From NCBI GenBank assembly GCA_036478295.1, contig JAZGDW010000195.1, forward strand, positions 1 through 39,845: a DNA stretch of 39,845 bases. The letters run 5' to 3'. Each line of letters opens with the position of its first letter. Within the stretch, counting starts at the first letter, position 1. The translations under genes and the position numbers were made by a program. Shown piece by piece: positions 16,035 to 24,861 of this stretch. The notes under the pieces were generated by a model that saw only the letters and a program-made list of their open reading frames with translations, did not search any database and was not told the DNA's origin. Source of the DNA: Candidatus Krumholzibacteriia bacterium (GTDB lineage Bacteria > Krumholzibacteriota > Krumholzibacteriia > WVZY01).

Positions 16035-17453
16035 TCAACTCTTGGCCGTTACGGCCTGGCGGACCAGGTCCTGCGGCCGGATGTTGTGCTTGGCCAGCTT
16101 ATAGCGAAGCGCCCCGCGGCTCATCCCGAGCAGCTGAGACGCCCGCAGGACGTTTCCGCCGGTCTGGACCAGCGTTGCCTCGATGACCTTTTTCTCAATT
16201 TTGTCGAGACTGATTCCCTCCGCGGGCATTTTGACCACGAAGTCGTCGTAGTCCTTCGAGAACGAGATGAGGTGCGGGTCCGGCCGCTTGCGGATGGGCA
16301 GGATGTCCTTTTTTATGACTGCGTCGCGGCTGAGCAGGACCGCCCGTTCGATGACGTTGATCAGTTCACGAACGTTCCCCGGCCACCGGTATTCGCGCAG
16401 GAGCGACTGCGCATCGGGTGAGAAGTGAAGGTACGGTTTTCTGAATTGTTTTTTGTAATGCCCGAGGTAGTAGGTGGCGATCATATCGATATCTTCTTTG
16501 CGTTCGCGAAGGGGCGGTATCGCGATCTCGACCACGTTGAGACGGTAATACAGGTCCTCGCGGAACCGACGCTCCGTGACTTCCTCGCGGATATCCCGGT
16601 TGGTCGCCGCCACGACGCGCACGTCCACCTCGATGGGCTGTGCCCCGCCCAGGCGGCGCAGGGTCTTCGTGTCCAGAAACTTGAGCAGCTTGGCCTGCGT
16701 CTGTGTGTCGATTTCGGTGATTTCATCCAGAAACAAAGTGCCGCGGTCGGCGAGTTCGATCAGGCCGATCTTGCGCTCCTTCGCATCGGTGAACGCACCG
16801 GGCTCGTAGCCGAACAACTCGCTCTCCAGGAGGTTCGGCGGCAGCGCGGCGCAGTTTATCTCGATGAAGGGTCCGTCGGATCGATCACTTTGCTGGTGGA
16901 TGGTTTCTGCGAACAGACTTTTTCCCGTTCCCGTCTCGCCGAGAAGAAGAACCGAGGTGCTCACGCTGGTGGCGACCCGTTCGATCAGGGACATCACGTC
17001 TTTGATGGCGTTACTACGGCCGATGACATCGCTGACGCGCGACGATTTCTGTGAGCCCCTGAGGTACTCGTCCCGCCGCTTCCGTCGCTGCATCTGGGAG
17101 AGGACCTTGTTGAGCAGCGTGAGAAAGGCAGATTCCTCCACAGGTTTGAGCAGATACGCGCGCGCCTCCAGGTTCAGTATATCGGTCCCCAGTGCCTGTG
17201 TGTCCTGGGGCGTGCACAGGATGACCTGGGCCCGAGGGGACAGCGAGCGAATGCGGGCAAGCCGGGCCTGGATATCTGTCATGTCCATGTCGCCGTCGGA
17301 GAGACCGACGACGACGATGTCGATCCTGGAGCGGCCGGTGTCGAGTTCACCCTGGTCCATGACGCGTACGGGATGGGAGAGCTTTTTTATGAAGCGTTCG
17401 ATGTGCTGCCTGTCGAGATCGTTCTGTTCGATAACGTAGATTGCAAATTCCAT
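16035..17453 (-). CDS. sigma54-dependent activator (NtrC-like) with atypical receiver domain
   Basis: GETGTGKS, ESELFG, GAFTDA, FLDEI, FREDLYYRL, WPGNVREL, Fis-type HTH. Confidence 0.93.
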   Translation of the reverse strand: MEFAIYVIEQNDLDRQHIERFIKKLSHPVRVMDQGELDTGRSRIDIVVVGLSDGDMDMTDIQARLARIRSLSPRAQVILCTPQDTQALGTDILNLEARAYLLKPVEESAFLTLLNKVLSQMQRRKRRDEYLRGSQKSSRVSDVIGRSNAIKDVMSLIERVATSVSTSVLLLGETGTGKSLFAETIHQQSDRSDGPFIEINCAALPPNLLESELFGYEPGAFTDAKERKIGLIELADRGTLFLDEITEIDTQTQAKLLKFLDTKTLRRLGGAQPIEVDVRVVAATNRDIREEVTERRFREDLYYRLNVVEIAIPPLRERKEDIDMIATYYLGHYKKQFRKPYLHFSPDAQSLLREYRWPGNVRELINVIERAVLLSRDAVIKKDILPIRKRPDPHLISFSKDYDDFVVKMPAEGISLDKIEKKVIEATLVQTGGNVLRASQLLGMSRGALRYKLAKHNIRPQDLVRQAVTAKS

Positions 17454-17482
17454 GATGCAGCCCCAAATGGATGTCTGTAAGA

Positions 17483-17498
17483 GGGGTTCATGAACCCC
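17483..17498. repeat. Perfect 16-bp palindrome in the activator leader
   Basis: GGGGTTCATGAACCCC. Confidence 0.7.
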
Positions 17499-17564
17499 CC
17501 CATGGCCTTATTTTTCCTTATCGCTCCGCAACGGGCCGGAGCGTCAAAGTTCCCACGGGTATCG

Positions 17565-17580
17565 TGCAAATCTCGTGCCC
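17565..17580 (-). promoter_or_regulatory. sigma54 promoter upstream of the activator gene
   Basis: Minus strand GGGCACGAGATTTGCA versus consensus TGGCACGNNNNTTGCA. Confidence 0.7.
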
Positions 17581-17704
17581 CGCCGTGGCGACGGATCCTT
17601 GGCCGGCAATCCGGGCGGGTTAATGCTTGAAATGGGCTGCTGCGATACGATAGATTCTAGAAACCCACGTATTTCTCAGCTCGTTTACGAAAGGCTGCTC
17701 ACTC

Positions 17705-19810
17705 ATGAAACCCATGGTCGTCGCCCGTGTCTCCGTTGTGCTCGGCTTGCTTTTTCTCGGTTCCTGCGGTTCGGACGATCCCGTCGCGCCGGGCCGCTGC
17801 CTAGTGCAACCAGCCACCGTTGATTTTGATACTGTTGCCGTTGGAACCTTCCAAGAACGGACCTTTACGGTGGAAAACGTTGGCGGCGGCGCACTCTCGG
17901 GTACCATTTCGATTTCTGGCAGTCTCCCGTGTAACGATGTTTCGATCACGAGCGGCGCTGGCGCTTTTAATCTAGGCGGCGGAGAGAGGTTGGCGGTGGT
18001 AGTCCGCTTCAGTCCGTCCTCGGCGGGTGAGATAAGTTGCGCCATTGAGTCCGCGCAGTGCGGCAGTGTCGCTATCACGGGAGTTGCACCCGGTTGTAAC
18101 GTCCAGCCCACGCTTGTGGACTTTGGTGATGTTTTTGTAGGAACGACTAAAGCAATGACGTTCGCAATCCAGAATTTTGGTCCTAACGCTGTCAGTGGAA
18201 CAGCCACAGTCCCGCCGAACTGCAGTGATTTCGGTATTGACGCTGGAACGGAGACGTACAATATCAACCCCGGGGAGACCCACGATGTCACGATTCGTTT
18301 TACCCCCCAAACAACCGGGGTTAGCCCAACTTGCACCGTAGATGCTGGGTCCGGTTGTGGCACCGTGGCATTGGTGGGGAATGCGGTATCGTTCAACGTT
18401 GGCGATGTAATCACGTTTGATGAGCCAACAAGCTTCGATTTTGCGCTCCCAGCTCAAACCGGTAACGAAGAATATGTGCTGATCCCGTTCTCCGCTTCGG
18501 GTGGAGCGCTGGCCAATTTTGCTTACACAGTAACTCCGGCAAGCGTTGTCAAAACCCAAGCGTCTCTGGACGCCCGATCCAGATCGCCTTACGACCGGAA
18601 GAATTTCCCCATGGAGTTCGAACTCGATATCCGGCGGCAGGCGACCGATTACATCGAGAGATACGGTAAAGGCAAGCGGCCGTTCGACAGGGCCCCCGCC
18701 GCGCCGGCACCGGCACCGACTCGGAGTTTTCGAGTGCTCACGTGCACGAACTGCAGCTCCGTGGACCCCGCCAGCTTCAAGACTGTAACCGCCGATCTCA
18801 AGTACGATGGGGGCAAGCGGGTACTCATCTACGCCGACATCAACCAGCCGGCGAACAGCTTCACCCAGGCCGACTACGACGCCTTCGGCATGCAGTTCGA
18901 CAACCAGATCTTTTTGACCAACAGTACATTTTTCGGCCCCACTACCGATATCGACAGCGACAATCGTGTCGCCATTCTCTTCACACCGGAGGTCAACCTG
19001 CTGACACCGGCGGGCACGACACAGACCCAGGGATTCATATCCGGATTTTTTCTGTTGAACGACCTCGCACCGAATCTGGTGCCCGCCGGGACTTCGAACG
19101 GGATGGAAATCTTCTATGTGATGGTCCCCGATCCGGGAAACGAATTCGGGAACACGTTCCCCAAGGGTCTCGTGACGACGATTATTCCCGGGACGCTCGC
19201 CCACGAGCTCGAGCACATGATCAGTTTCGGCTTTCGCCTCTTCAACTTCGGGAGTGCCTCGCTGCAGGTCACCTGGCTGGAAGAGGGCATGGCCCACATG
19301 GCCGAGGACCTCAACGGCTTTGACAAGAGCAATATCGACCGCGCGGGCGTCTATCTCGGTGACCCCGGTGACGTTTCTATCATAGGCGGCGACACGCTCG
19401 GCCAGCGCGGCGGCATTTTCCTGTTTCTCCGCTATTTTGGCGACCAGTTGGGCACGGGGATATACAAATCGATTCTGCAGAGCAGTTGCATAGGGCGAGC
19501 GTGTGTTCAGAACGTCACCGGCGTGGACTTCTTTGACTCGGTGGCTGATTTTCTGGCGACGCTGTATCTTAGTGACCGCGGCATAACGGCGGACCCGAAG
19601 TACAACTATTCCTCGTTCGATTTGCAGAGGGATTTCTCTCCGCTTCTGGTCGCCGCTCGTACAATCGCCGATGGCCCCATCAGCGGAAACGTCCGAAACG
19701 CCGCGGGCGACTTCTATTCAATGTCGGCTTTTCCCCCCCTCGGTTCGAGGTTCGATGTTACGGGTAACCTAAACGGTCGAATCCGCGTCGTTGCGATTCG
19801 CGTGAAATAA
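17705..19810 (+). CDS. Lipoprotein with two Ig-like (ASH/choice-of-anchor D-like) repeats and an M30-like zinc metallopeptidase
   Basis: Lipobox LGS|C; repeats CLVQPATVDFDTVAVG and CNVQPTLVDFGDVFVG; DIDSDNRVAILFT; TLAHELEHMI...WLEEGMAH. Confidence 0.8.
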   Translation: MKPMVVARVSVVLGLLFLGSCGSDDPVAPGRCLVQPATVDFDTVAVGTFQERTFTVENVGGGALSGTISISGSLPCNDVSITSGAGAFNLGGGERLAVVVRFSPSSAGEISCAIESAQCGSVAITGVAPGCNVQPTLVDFGDVFVGTTKAMTFAIQNFGPNAVSGTATVPPNCSDFGIDAGTETYNINPGETHDVTIRFTPQTTGVSPTCTVDAGSGCGTVALVGNAVSFNVGDVITFDEPTSFDFALPAQTGNEEYVLIPFSASGGALANFAYTVTPASVVKTQASLDARSRSPYDRKNFPMEFELDIRRQATDYIERYGKGKRPFDRAPAAPAPAPTRSFRVLTCTNCSSVDPASFKTVTADLKYDGGKRVLIYADINQPANSFTQADYDAFGMQFDNQIFLTNSTFFGPTTDIDSDNRVAILFTPEVNLLTPAGTTQTQGFISGFFLLNDLAPNLVPAGTSNGMEIFYVMVPDPGNEFGNTFPKGLVTTIIPGTLAHELEHMISFGFRLFNFGSASLQVTWLEEGMAHMAEDLNGFDKSNIDRAGVYLGDPGDVSIIGGDTLGQRGGIFLFLRYFGDQLGTGIYKSILQSSCIGRACVQNVTGVDFFDSVADFLATLYLSDRGITADPKYNYSSFDLQRDFSPLLVAARTIADGPISGNVRNAAGDFYSMSAFPPLGSRFDVTGNLNGRIRVVAIRVK

Positions 19811-19844
19811 CCGGTGCCGAAGGCGGCTGATTAGAGGTGGGTCG

Positions 19845-20402
19845 ATGACATTACGCACAGTCGTGGCAGGATCGGCGCTGTTGATGCTTCTCGCCGTGGC
19901 GGGCTGCGGTGGCAACGCCGCCCGCGGTGGGGACAAAGACGATGGCACGGTGACCGTGATTGGTCAGCTGTCCCGTCGCGGCGGCACGCCGTTCTCGATG
20001 GTGCTACTGCAGGCGAGGGACGGCATGTCGTACTGGATTCAATCCACGGCCCTGGGTGACGAGCTGCGCCAGCTCGTGGGGATGGAGGTCGCCGTCACCG
20101 GCCGGCTGGTGCGGAACGACGAAGGCGAAAACATCCTGATGGTCCAGTATTACTACCTGCTGCGCCTGCCCTCCGGTGAAAAGCCGGTAGTCGGTATCGT
20201 GCGCACGCGCAGCGGCGGGCCCGTGTGGGTATTCGATGACAACAACGTGCACTGGAGCCTGCAGGGCGATTTTGTCGACGTGCTGAGGAGTTTCGCCGGC
20301 GCGAAAGTATGGGTGACCGGTGTCGTTCAAAAAAAACTCAACGTGGGACAGGGCGCCGTGCGCACTCTCCTCGTCACCGAATACGGCGTCATCCGCCCGT
20401 GA
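19845..20402 (+). CDS. Hypothetical lipoprotein with two small OB-fold-like repeats
   Basis: Lipobox VAG|C; repeated units L..LVGMEVAVTG and L..FAGAKVWVTG; SD GAGGTG. Confidence 0.75.
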   Translation: MTLRTVVAGSALLMLLAVAGCGGNAARGGDKDDGTVTVIGQLSRRGGTPFSMVLLQARDGMSYWIQSTALGDELRQLVGMEVAVTGRLVRNDEGENILMVQYYYLLRLPSGEKPVVGIVRTRSGGPVWVFDDNNVHWSLQGDFVDVLRSFAGAKVWVTGVVQKKLNVGQGAVRTLLVTEYGVIRP

Positions 20403-20458
20403 CCCACACGACAGCACGCCGTGACGTGCGACCCCGTCCGATGCCGGGTACGCGGCGG

Positions 20459-20478
20459 GTTGTCAAGTTGTTGCCAAC
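20459..20478. promoter_or_regulatory. Candidate upstream activator sequence
   Basis: GTTGTCAA-GTTG-TTGCCAAC imperfect inverted repeat about 185 bp upstream of the sigma54 motif. Confidence 0.4.
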
Positions 20479-20642
20479 TCGCGGGAGTCATAAGGGCACT
20501 CTAACAGACTCGCACCGTGCGGCGTCTCTCCACTCCATTACCCGAGGTCGTTGCCGCGACCGCCCTACCCCGGCCACCCGAACAACCCCAATGTAATAAC
20601 CTGGTGTAGTTACATAGCTTGTGTATTGCAGCCCGCAGCAGT

Positions 20643-20659
20643 CTGGCACCATTGTTGCG
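20643..20659 (+). promoter_or_regulatory. sigma54 promoter
   Basis: CTGGCACCATTGTTGCG, near-consensus GG-N10-GC. Confidence 0.75.
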
Positions 20660-20723
20660 AACATGCCCCACCATGACGTGCGCGCGTAACGTGCGTCGGT
20701 TCCCGAACACAGACCGGACAGCA

Positions 20724-21731
20724 TTGGACACCCCGTCTCTCGAATTCGACCCGCCCATTGTGGGTACGTCACCGTCGCTGATGCGCCTGAAGCGGCTCAT
20801 CGTGCGACTCGCCGACTCGCCGGTGAGCGTGCTCGTCACCGGGGAAAGCGGCACCGGCAAGGAGGTGGTGGCCCGCAATCTTCACTCGCGCGGGGATAAA
20901 CCAACGAGCGCGTTCGTTCCCATCAACTGCGCGGCGCTGAACCCCGGCGTGCTCGAGAGCGAGCTCTTTGGACACGGCCGCGGATCGTTCACCGGTGCGA
21001 TCCGCGCACACATCGGCCTGTTCGAGCAGGCCGACGGCGGCACTATATTTCTCGATGAAATCAGTGAAATCCCGCCATCCGTCCAGGCGAAGCTTCTGCG
21101 TGTATTGCAGGACCGGGAAGTGCGTCCCATGGGTTCCTCTGTCGTGCGGCGGATAGACGTGCGGGTCATCGCGGCCACCAACGTAAACCTCGAGCAGCGG
21201 GTCAAGGACGGGTCGTTCCGCCTGGACCTCTTCTACCGGCTGGCCGTGGTAGAGCTGAATATCGCCCCGCTGCGCGAGCGCCTGTCGGATATCCCGGAGC
21301 TCATCGAGTATTTCTTCGAGACAAGGGGCTCAGCGACCCCTGCGGTGTCGGACGATGCGCTCCGCGTGCTCACGCAATACCACTGGCCCGGCAACGTTCG
21401 TGAGCTGCAAAACGAACTGGAGCGCATCGTTGCCTTTTACCGCGGCGTCCGAGAAATAACACCGGACATGCTCTCCAGGCGCGTGCACGGGCGCGTCGTC
21501 GACGACACACTCGATGTTAAACTGCTCTACGACGCGCCGCTGCCGCAGGCGGTCGGCTACCTGGAGGAAAACCTGCTTCGCAAGACGCTTGCCCAGACCA
21601 ACTGGAACAAGTCCGAGTCAGCACGACAACTTGGTCTCTCCCGCCAGGGTCTGTTGAAAAAGATCAAGCGCTACGGGATTTCCAACCAGCCGGATGTCCC
21701 GATCGTGCGACAGGGCGACGCCACGGAGTAA
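20724..21731 (+). CDS. sigma54-dependent activator lacking an N-terminal sensor domain
   Basis: GESGTGKE, ESELFG, GSFTGA, FLDEI, FRLDLFYRL, WPGNVREL, HTH. Start uncertain (20673, 20691 or 20724), placed downstream of the promoter. Confidence 0.9.
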   Translation: MDTPSLEFDPPIVGTSPSLMRLKRLIVRLADSPVSVLVTGESGTGKEVVARNLHSRGDKPTSAFVPINCAALNPGVLESELFGHGRGSFTGAIRAHIGLFEQADGGTIFLDEISEIPPSVQAKLLRVLQDREVRPMGSSVVRRIDVRVIAATNVNLEQRVKDGSFRLDLFYRLAVVELNIAPLRERLSDIPELIEYFFETRGSATPAVSDDALRVLTQYHWPGNVRELQNELERIVAFYRGVREITPDMLSRRVHGRVVDDTLDVKLLYDAPLPQAVGYLEENLLRKTLAQTNWNKSESARQLGLSRQGLLKKIKRYGISNQPDVPIVRQGDATE

Positions 21732-21750
21732 GCGGACACCTGCAAAACCT

Positions 21751-21778
21751 TTGCAATTATCCCGGTTTCATATACCAT
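21751..21778 (+). promoter_or_regulatory. sigma70-type promoter for the oxidoreductase-lnt operon
   Basis: TTGCAA-16 nt-TACCAT. Confidence 0.45.
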
Positions 21779-21857
21779 GCTGGGTGACAAGAGGATACCG
21801 GCATGCCCGCTGGGTTCGCACTCAACGACGGTCACGGTGAGGGTGGTGGAGCAAACA

Positions 21858-22874
21858 ATGGCAAGGAAAAAAGTACGAGTGGCGGTTGTCGGTGGCGGCA
21901 ACGTCGCTCAGATTGCACACTTGCCCGCGTACAAGCAGCATCCGGATGTCGAGCTCGTTGCGCTCGTTGAGGAAAACGCGGTGAAGCGGAAACGATTGGC
22001 CCAGCAATACGGATTCAAGAGCGACTACTACGATCTGACAAAGATGCTCAAGAACGAAGAAATCGACGCCGTCGACATCTGCACACCCAACTACCTGCAC
22101 GCCCCGATGGCGATTGCCGCTTTGCGTTCCGGCCATCACGTGCTGTGCGAAAAACCGCTGGCGCGTAACGCGGCCGAGGCGCAGAAGATGGTGGACACGG
22201 CGAAGAAGAGCAAGAAGATGCTCATGGTGGCGATGAACAACCGTTTTCGCCGTGACGTCGAAGTCCTTCAGAAGTTCATCAAGCGCGGCGAGCTCGGTGA
22301 GGTGCAGCTGGTGAAAGCCGGTTGGCGGCGCATCGTACAGGAGTGGCGTGACAGAGACTGGTTCACGGACCAGCAGAAATCAGGCGGGGGCGCGCTGCTC
22401 GACCTCGGTACGCCGAAGATGGACCTGGCTATCTGGATTGCCGGCCTGAAGAACCCGACACGCGTGTCGTGCAGTATCTTCGGCCGTTCCGGCAAGCGAG
22501 GCGTCGAGGATTCCGCCTGTGCCATGGTCCATTTCGACGGCGGCAGCTGCCTGATTCTCGAAGTCACCTGGAACCTGCTCGAGTCGAAAGACCAGACGTT
22601 TCTTCAGGTTTACGGGAGCAGGGGCGGCGCCAACCTGCGGCCGCTCAGCATCCACAAGGCGATGCACGGTCAGCTGGTAAACGTCACCCCGGAGCTGGAA
22701 GGCGGCCGCAACTATTACAAGGAAAGCTATCGCCGCGAAATCGATCATTTCATCGACTGCGTCAAGAAGAACACAAAGCCGCTGACCACGGGCGAAGAGG
22801 CGTTGTCCGTCCTGAAAATCCTGGATGCGATGTACAAGTCCGCTGCGAGCGGTCGCGAGGTTTCTGTTTCGTGA
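21858..22874 (+). CDS. Gfo/Idh/MocA family oxidoreductase
   Basis: VAVVGGGNVA, ICTPNYLH, VLCEKP, SGGGALLDLG; ATG 21858 after GGAG. Confidence 0.93.
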   Translation: MARKKVRVAVVGGGNVAQIAHLPAYKQHPDVELVALVEENAVKRKRLAQQYGFKSDYYDLTKMLKNEEIDAVDICTPNYLHAPMAIAALRSGHHVLCEKPLARNAAEAQKMVDTAKKSKKMLMVAMNNRFRRDVEVLQKFIKRGELGEVQLVKAGWRRIVQEWRDRDWFTDQQKSGGGALLDLGTPKMDLAIWIAGLKNPTRVSCSIFGRSGKRGVEDSACAMVHFDGGSCLILEVTWNLLESKDQTFLQVYGSRGGANLRPLSIHKAMHGQLVNVTPELEGGRNYYKESYRREIDHFIDCVKKNTKPLTTGEEALSVLKILDAMYKSAASGREVSVS

Positions 22875-24448
22875 AATGGATAGCACCGCGAAGGTGGTTT
22901 CCCCCGCTTCCACTCGTGCTGCCCGCCGTGGTATCGGGCGTGTTGCTCACACTCGCCTACCCTCCGCGATCCCTCGGTTTCATAAGCTTCGTGGCGCTGG
23001 TTCCGCTCACCGTCGCCTGTTATCGCCGTGACTACGCGAAGAGCGCGTTTTTCAAGGCCGGTTACCTGTTCGGTATCGCGTTCTTTCTCGGCCACCTGTG
23101 GTGGATCGTCTTCCTTTCGGCCTCGTCCAGCATCACCGTGCCATGGCTGATGGTGCCCGCGCTGGTGACGCTGGTGTTGTACGTGTCGCTCTACCCGGCG
23201 CTCTTTCTCCTGTTGCTGAGATCGCTCGGCAGGCGAAGCCTGTTGGCGGCGATCGTTCTGGGGCCGCCCCTGTGGATGATGACGGAAATAGTACGGTCCG
23301 CGGGGGAACTGGGGTTTTCATGGGGAGCGCTGGGTTATTCGCTGGTCGGCTATCCCGTGTTCATACAGGGCGCGGCCGTGGTCGGCGTCTTCGGCATGGG
23401 GGCGGTGATCGTCCTCGTGAACATGTTGTGGAGCTACGCCATCGCAGCGCGAGGCGCGCGCCGGCGAGTGACGGCTCTCGTCCTCGGCACGGCGGTCGTC
23501 GTGGGGCTGGCGATTTACGGTGACGAAGAAATCCGCCGGTTCGACAACGCCACGACGGTAACAACACACCGCGTCGCTGTCGTGCAACCCAACGTCGATC
23601 TCAGCATCAAGTGGGAACCGGCCTACAGGGATTCAACGTTCCGGTTAATAGAACGTCTCACGCGCCAGTCGGCGTTGCTGGGACCGGAGCTCATCGTCTT
23701 TCCAGAGACATGCGCCCCGGTTTTTATTCGCCAGGATACGAAATTCAGGATGGGACTGTCGGGAATGGCACAGGAGCTCGAAGTGGGCATATTCATCGGT
23801 TTCCTCTATGGCTCCTACAGGGGAGCAGGCCGGCCGCGCGGGATATACAACTCGTCCGGTCTTTTCTATCCGCACGGCGGGCTCGCCGTTTACAACAAGA
23901 ATCATCTTCTGCCGTTTGGCGAGGCGATTCCGCTCGCCTGGAAATTTCCCGTTCTCAAAAAAATCAACTTTGGCCAGGCAAACTTCGATCCGGGCGATCC
24001 GAAACCGCCCATAGACTCCCCGGTCGGCGAACTGGCGCCGCTCATCTGCTTCGAGTCGATCTTCACCGGCATATCACGCCGCGCCGTGTCCCAGGGGGCC
24101 GATGTGCTGCTCAATATAACCAACGACGGCTGGTTTGGCCGGACCCCCGGTTCGTTTCAGCACGCCGACATGGCGATCTACCGGGCCGTGGAAAACGGGC
24201 GTTACCTTTTGCGCAGCGCCAATACCGGCATCTCGATGATCGTCGATCCGAAGGGGAGGGTGGTGACCTCGCTGGGACTCGAAGAACAGGGCATCCTGGT
24301 CGAGAACATCCGCGAGATTGAGGGGAAAACCTTGTATACACGCATCGGAGACGTGTGGCTGGTGGTGTCCGCGGCACTTCTCATTATCGTCGGCACGCTC
24401 GTCGGTCGAATCTCTCATCCCGCGTCGGGGGCGAAGTTCAGCTTGTAA
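22871..24448 (+). CDS. lnt: Apolipoprotein N-acyltransferase
   Basis: Multi-TM N-terminus, VVQPNV, VFPET, YNKNHLLPFGE, ICFES, NITNDGWFG, RAVENGR, RSANTGIS; GTGA overlap with the upstream stop. Confidence 0.95.
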   Translation: MKWIAPRRWFPPLPLVLPAVVSGVLLTLAYPPRSLGFISFVALVPLTVACYRRDYAKSAFFKAGYLFGIAFFLGHLWWIVFLSASSSITVPWLMVPALVTLVLYVSLYPALFLLLLRSLGRRSLLAAIVLGPPLWMMTEIVRSAGELGFSWGALGYSLVGYPVFIQGAAVVGVFGMGAVIVLVNMLWSYAIAARGARRRVTALVLGTAVVVGLAIYGDEEIRRFDNATTVTTHRVAVVQPNVDLSIKWEPAYRDSTFRLIERLTRQSALLGPELIVFPETCAPVFIRQDTKFRMGLSGMAQELEVGIFIGFLYGSYRGAGRPRGIYNSSGLFYPHGGLAVYNKNHLLPFGEAIPLAWKFPVLKKINFGQANFDPGDPKPPIDSPVGELAPLICFESIFTGISRRAVSQGADVLLNITNDGWFGRTPGSFQHADMAIYRAVENGRYLLRSANTGISMIVDPKGRVVTSLGLEEQGILVENIREIEGKTLYTRIGDVWLVVSAALLIIVGTLVGRISHPASGAKFSL

Positions 24449-24495
24449 ATCGGGGCGACGGAGCTTATCATGGCTCTCGAATCGGGGTTATCGTC

Positions 24496-24861
24496 ATGAT
24501 TATTTCGTTACTCAAATCAAAGATTCACCGCGCGACCGTAACCGGCGTGGACGTGGGCTACGAGGGCAGCATCGTCATCGACGCTGACTTGATGGACGAA
24601 GTTGGCATCTACCCGTTCGAAAAGGTCCTCGTCGCCAATCTCAAAACGGGTGTGCGTTTCGAGACGTACGTCCTTGCGGGAGAACGCGGCTCGGGCGCGA
24701 TCAAGCTGAACGGCGCGACCGCGCACCTGGGCAAGGTAGAAGACCGGATCATCATCTTCGCGTTCACGGAGATGCCCGCATCGGAAGCCGAATCGTTTTC
24801 CCCTAAAATCATCCAACTCGACGAAAAGAACCAGGTCGTCCGCAGATCCTTTGCACGATAA
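24496..24861 (+). CDS. panD: Aspartate 1-decarboxylase
   Basis: LKSKIHRATVT, YEG|SI autocleavage site, RFETY, LNGATAH. Confidence 0.96.
   Translation: MIISLLKSKIHRATVTGVDVGYEGSIVIDADLMDEVGIYPFEKVLVANLKTGVRFETYVLAGERGSGAIKLNGATAHLGKVEDRIIIFAFTEMPASEAESFSPKIIQLDEKNQVVRRSFAR

Noticed and set aside
21858..22874. Calling the Gfo/Idh/MocA protein inositol 2-dehydrogenase (iolG)
   Set aside because: The family is broad, the gene is about 18 kb from the inositol genes, and no other iol genes are present
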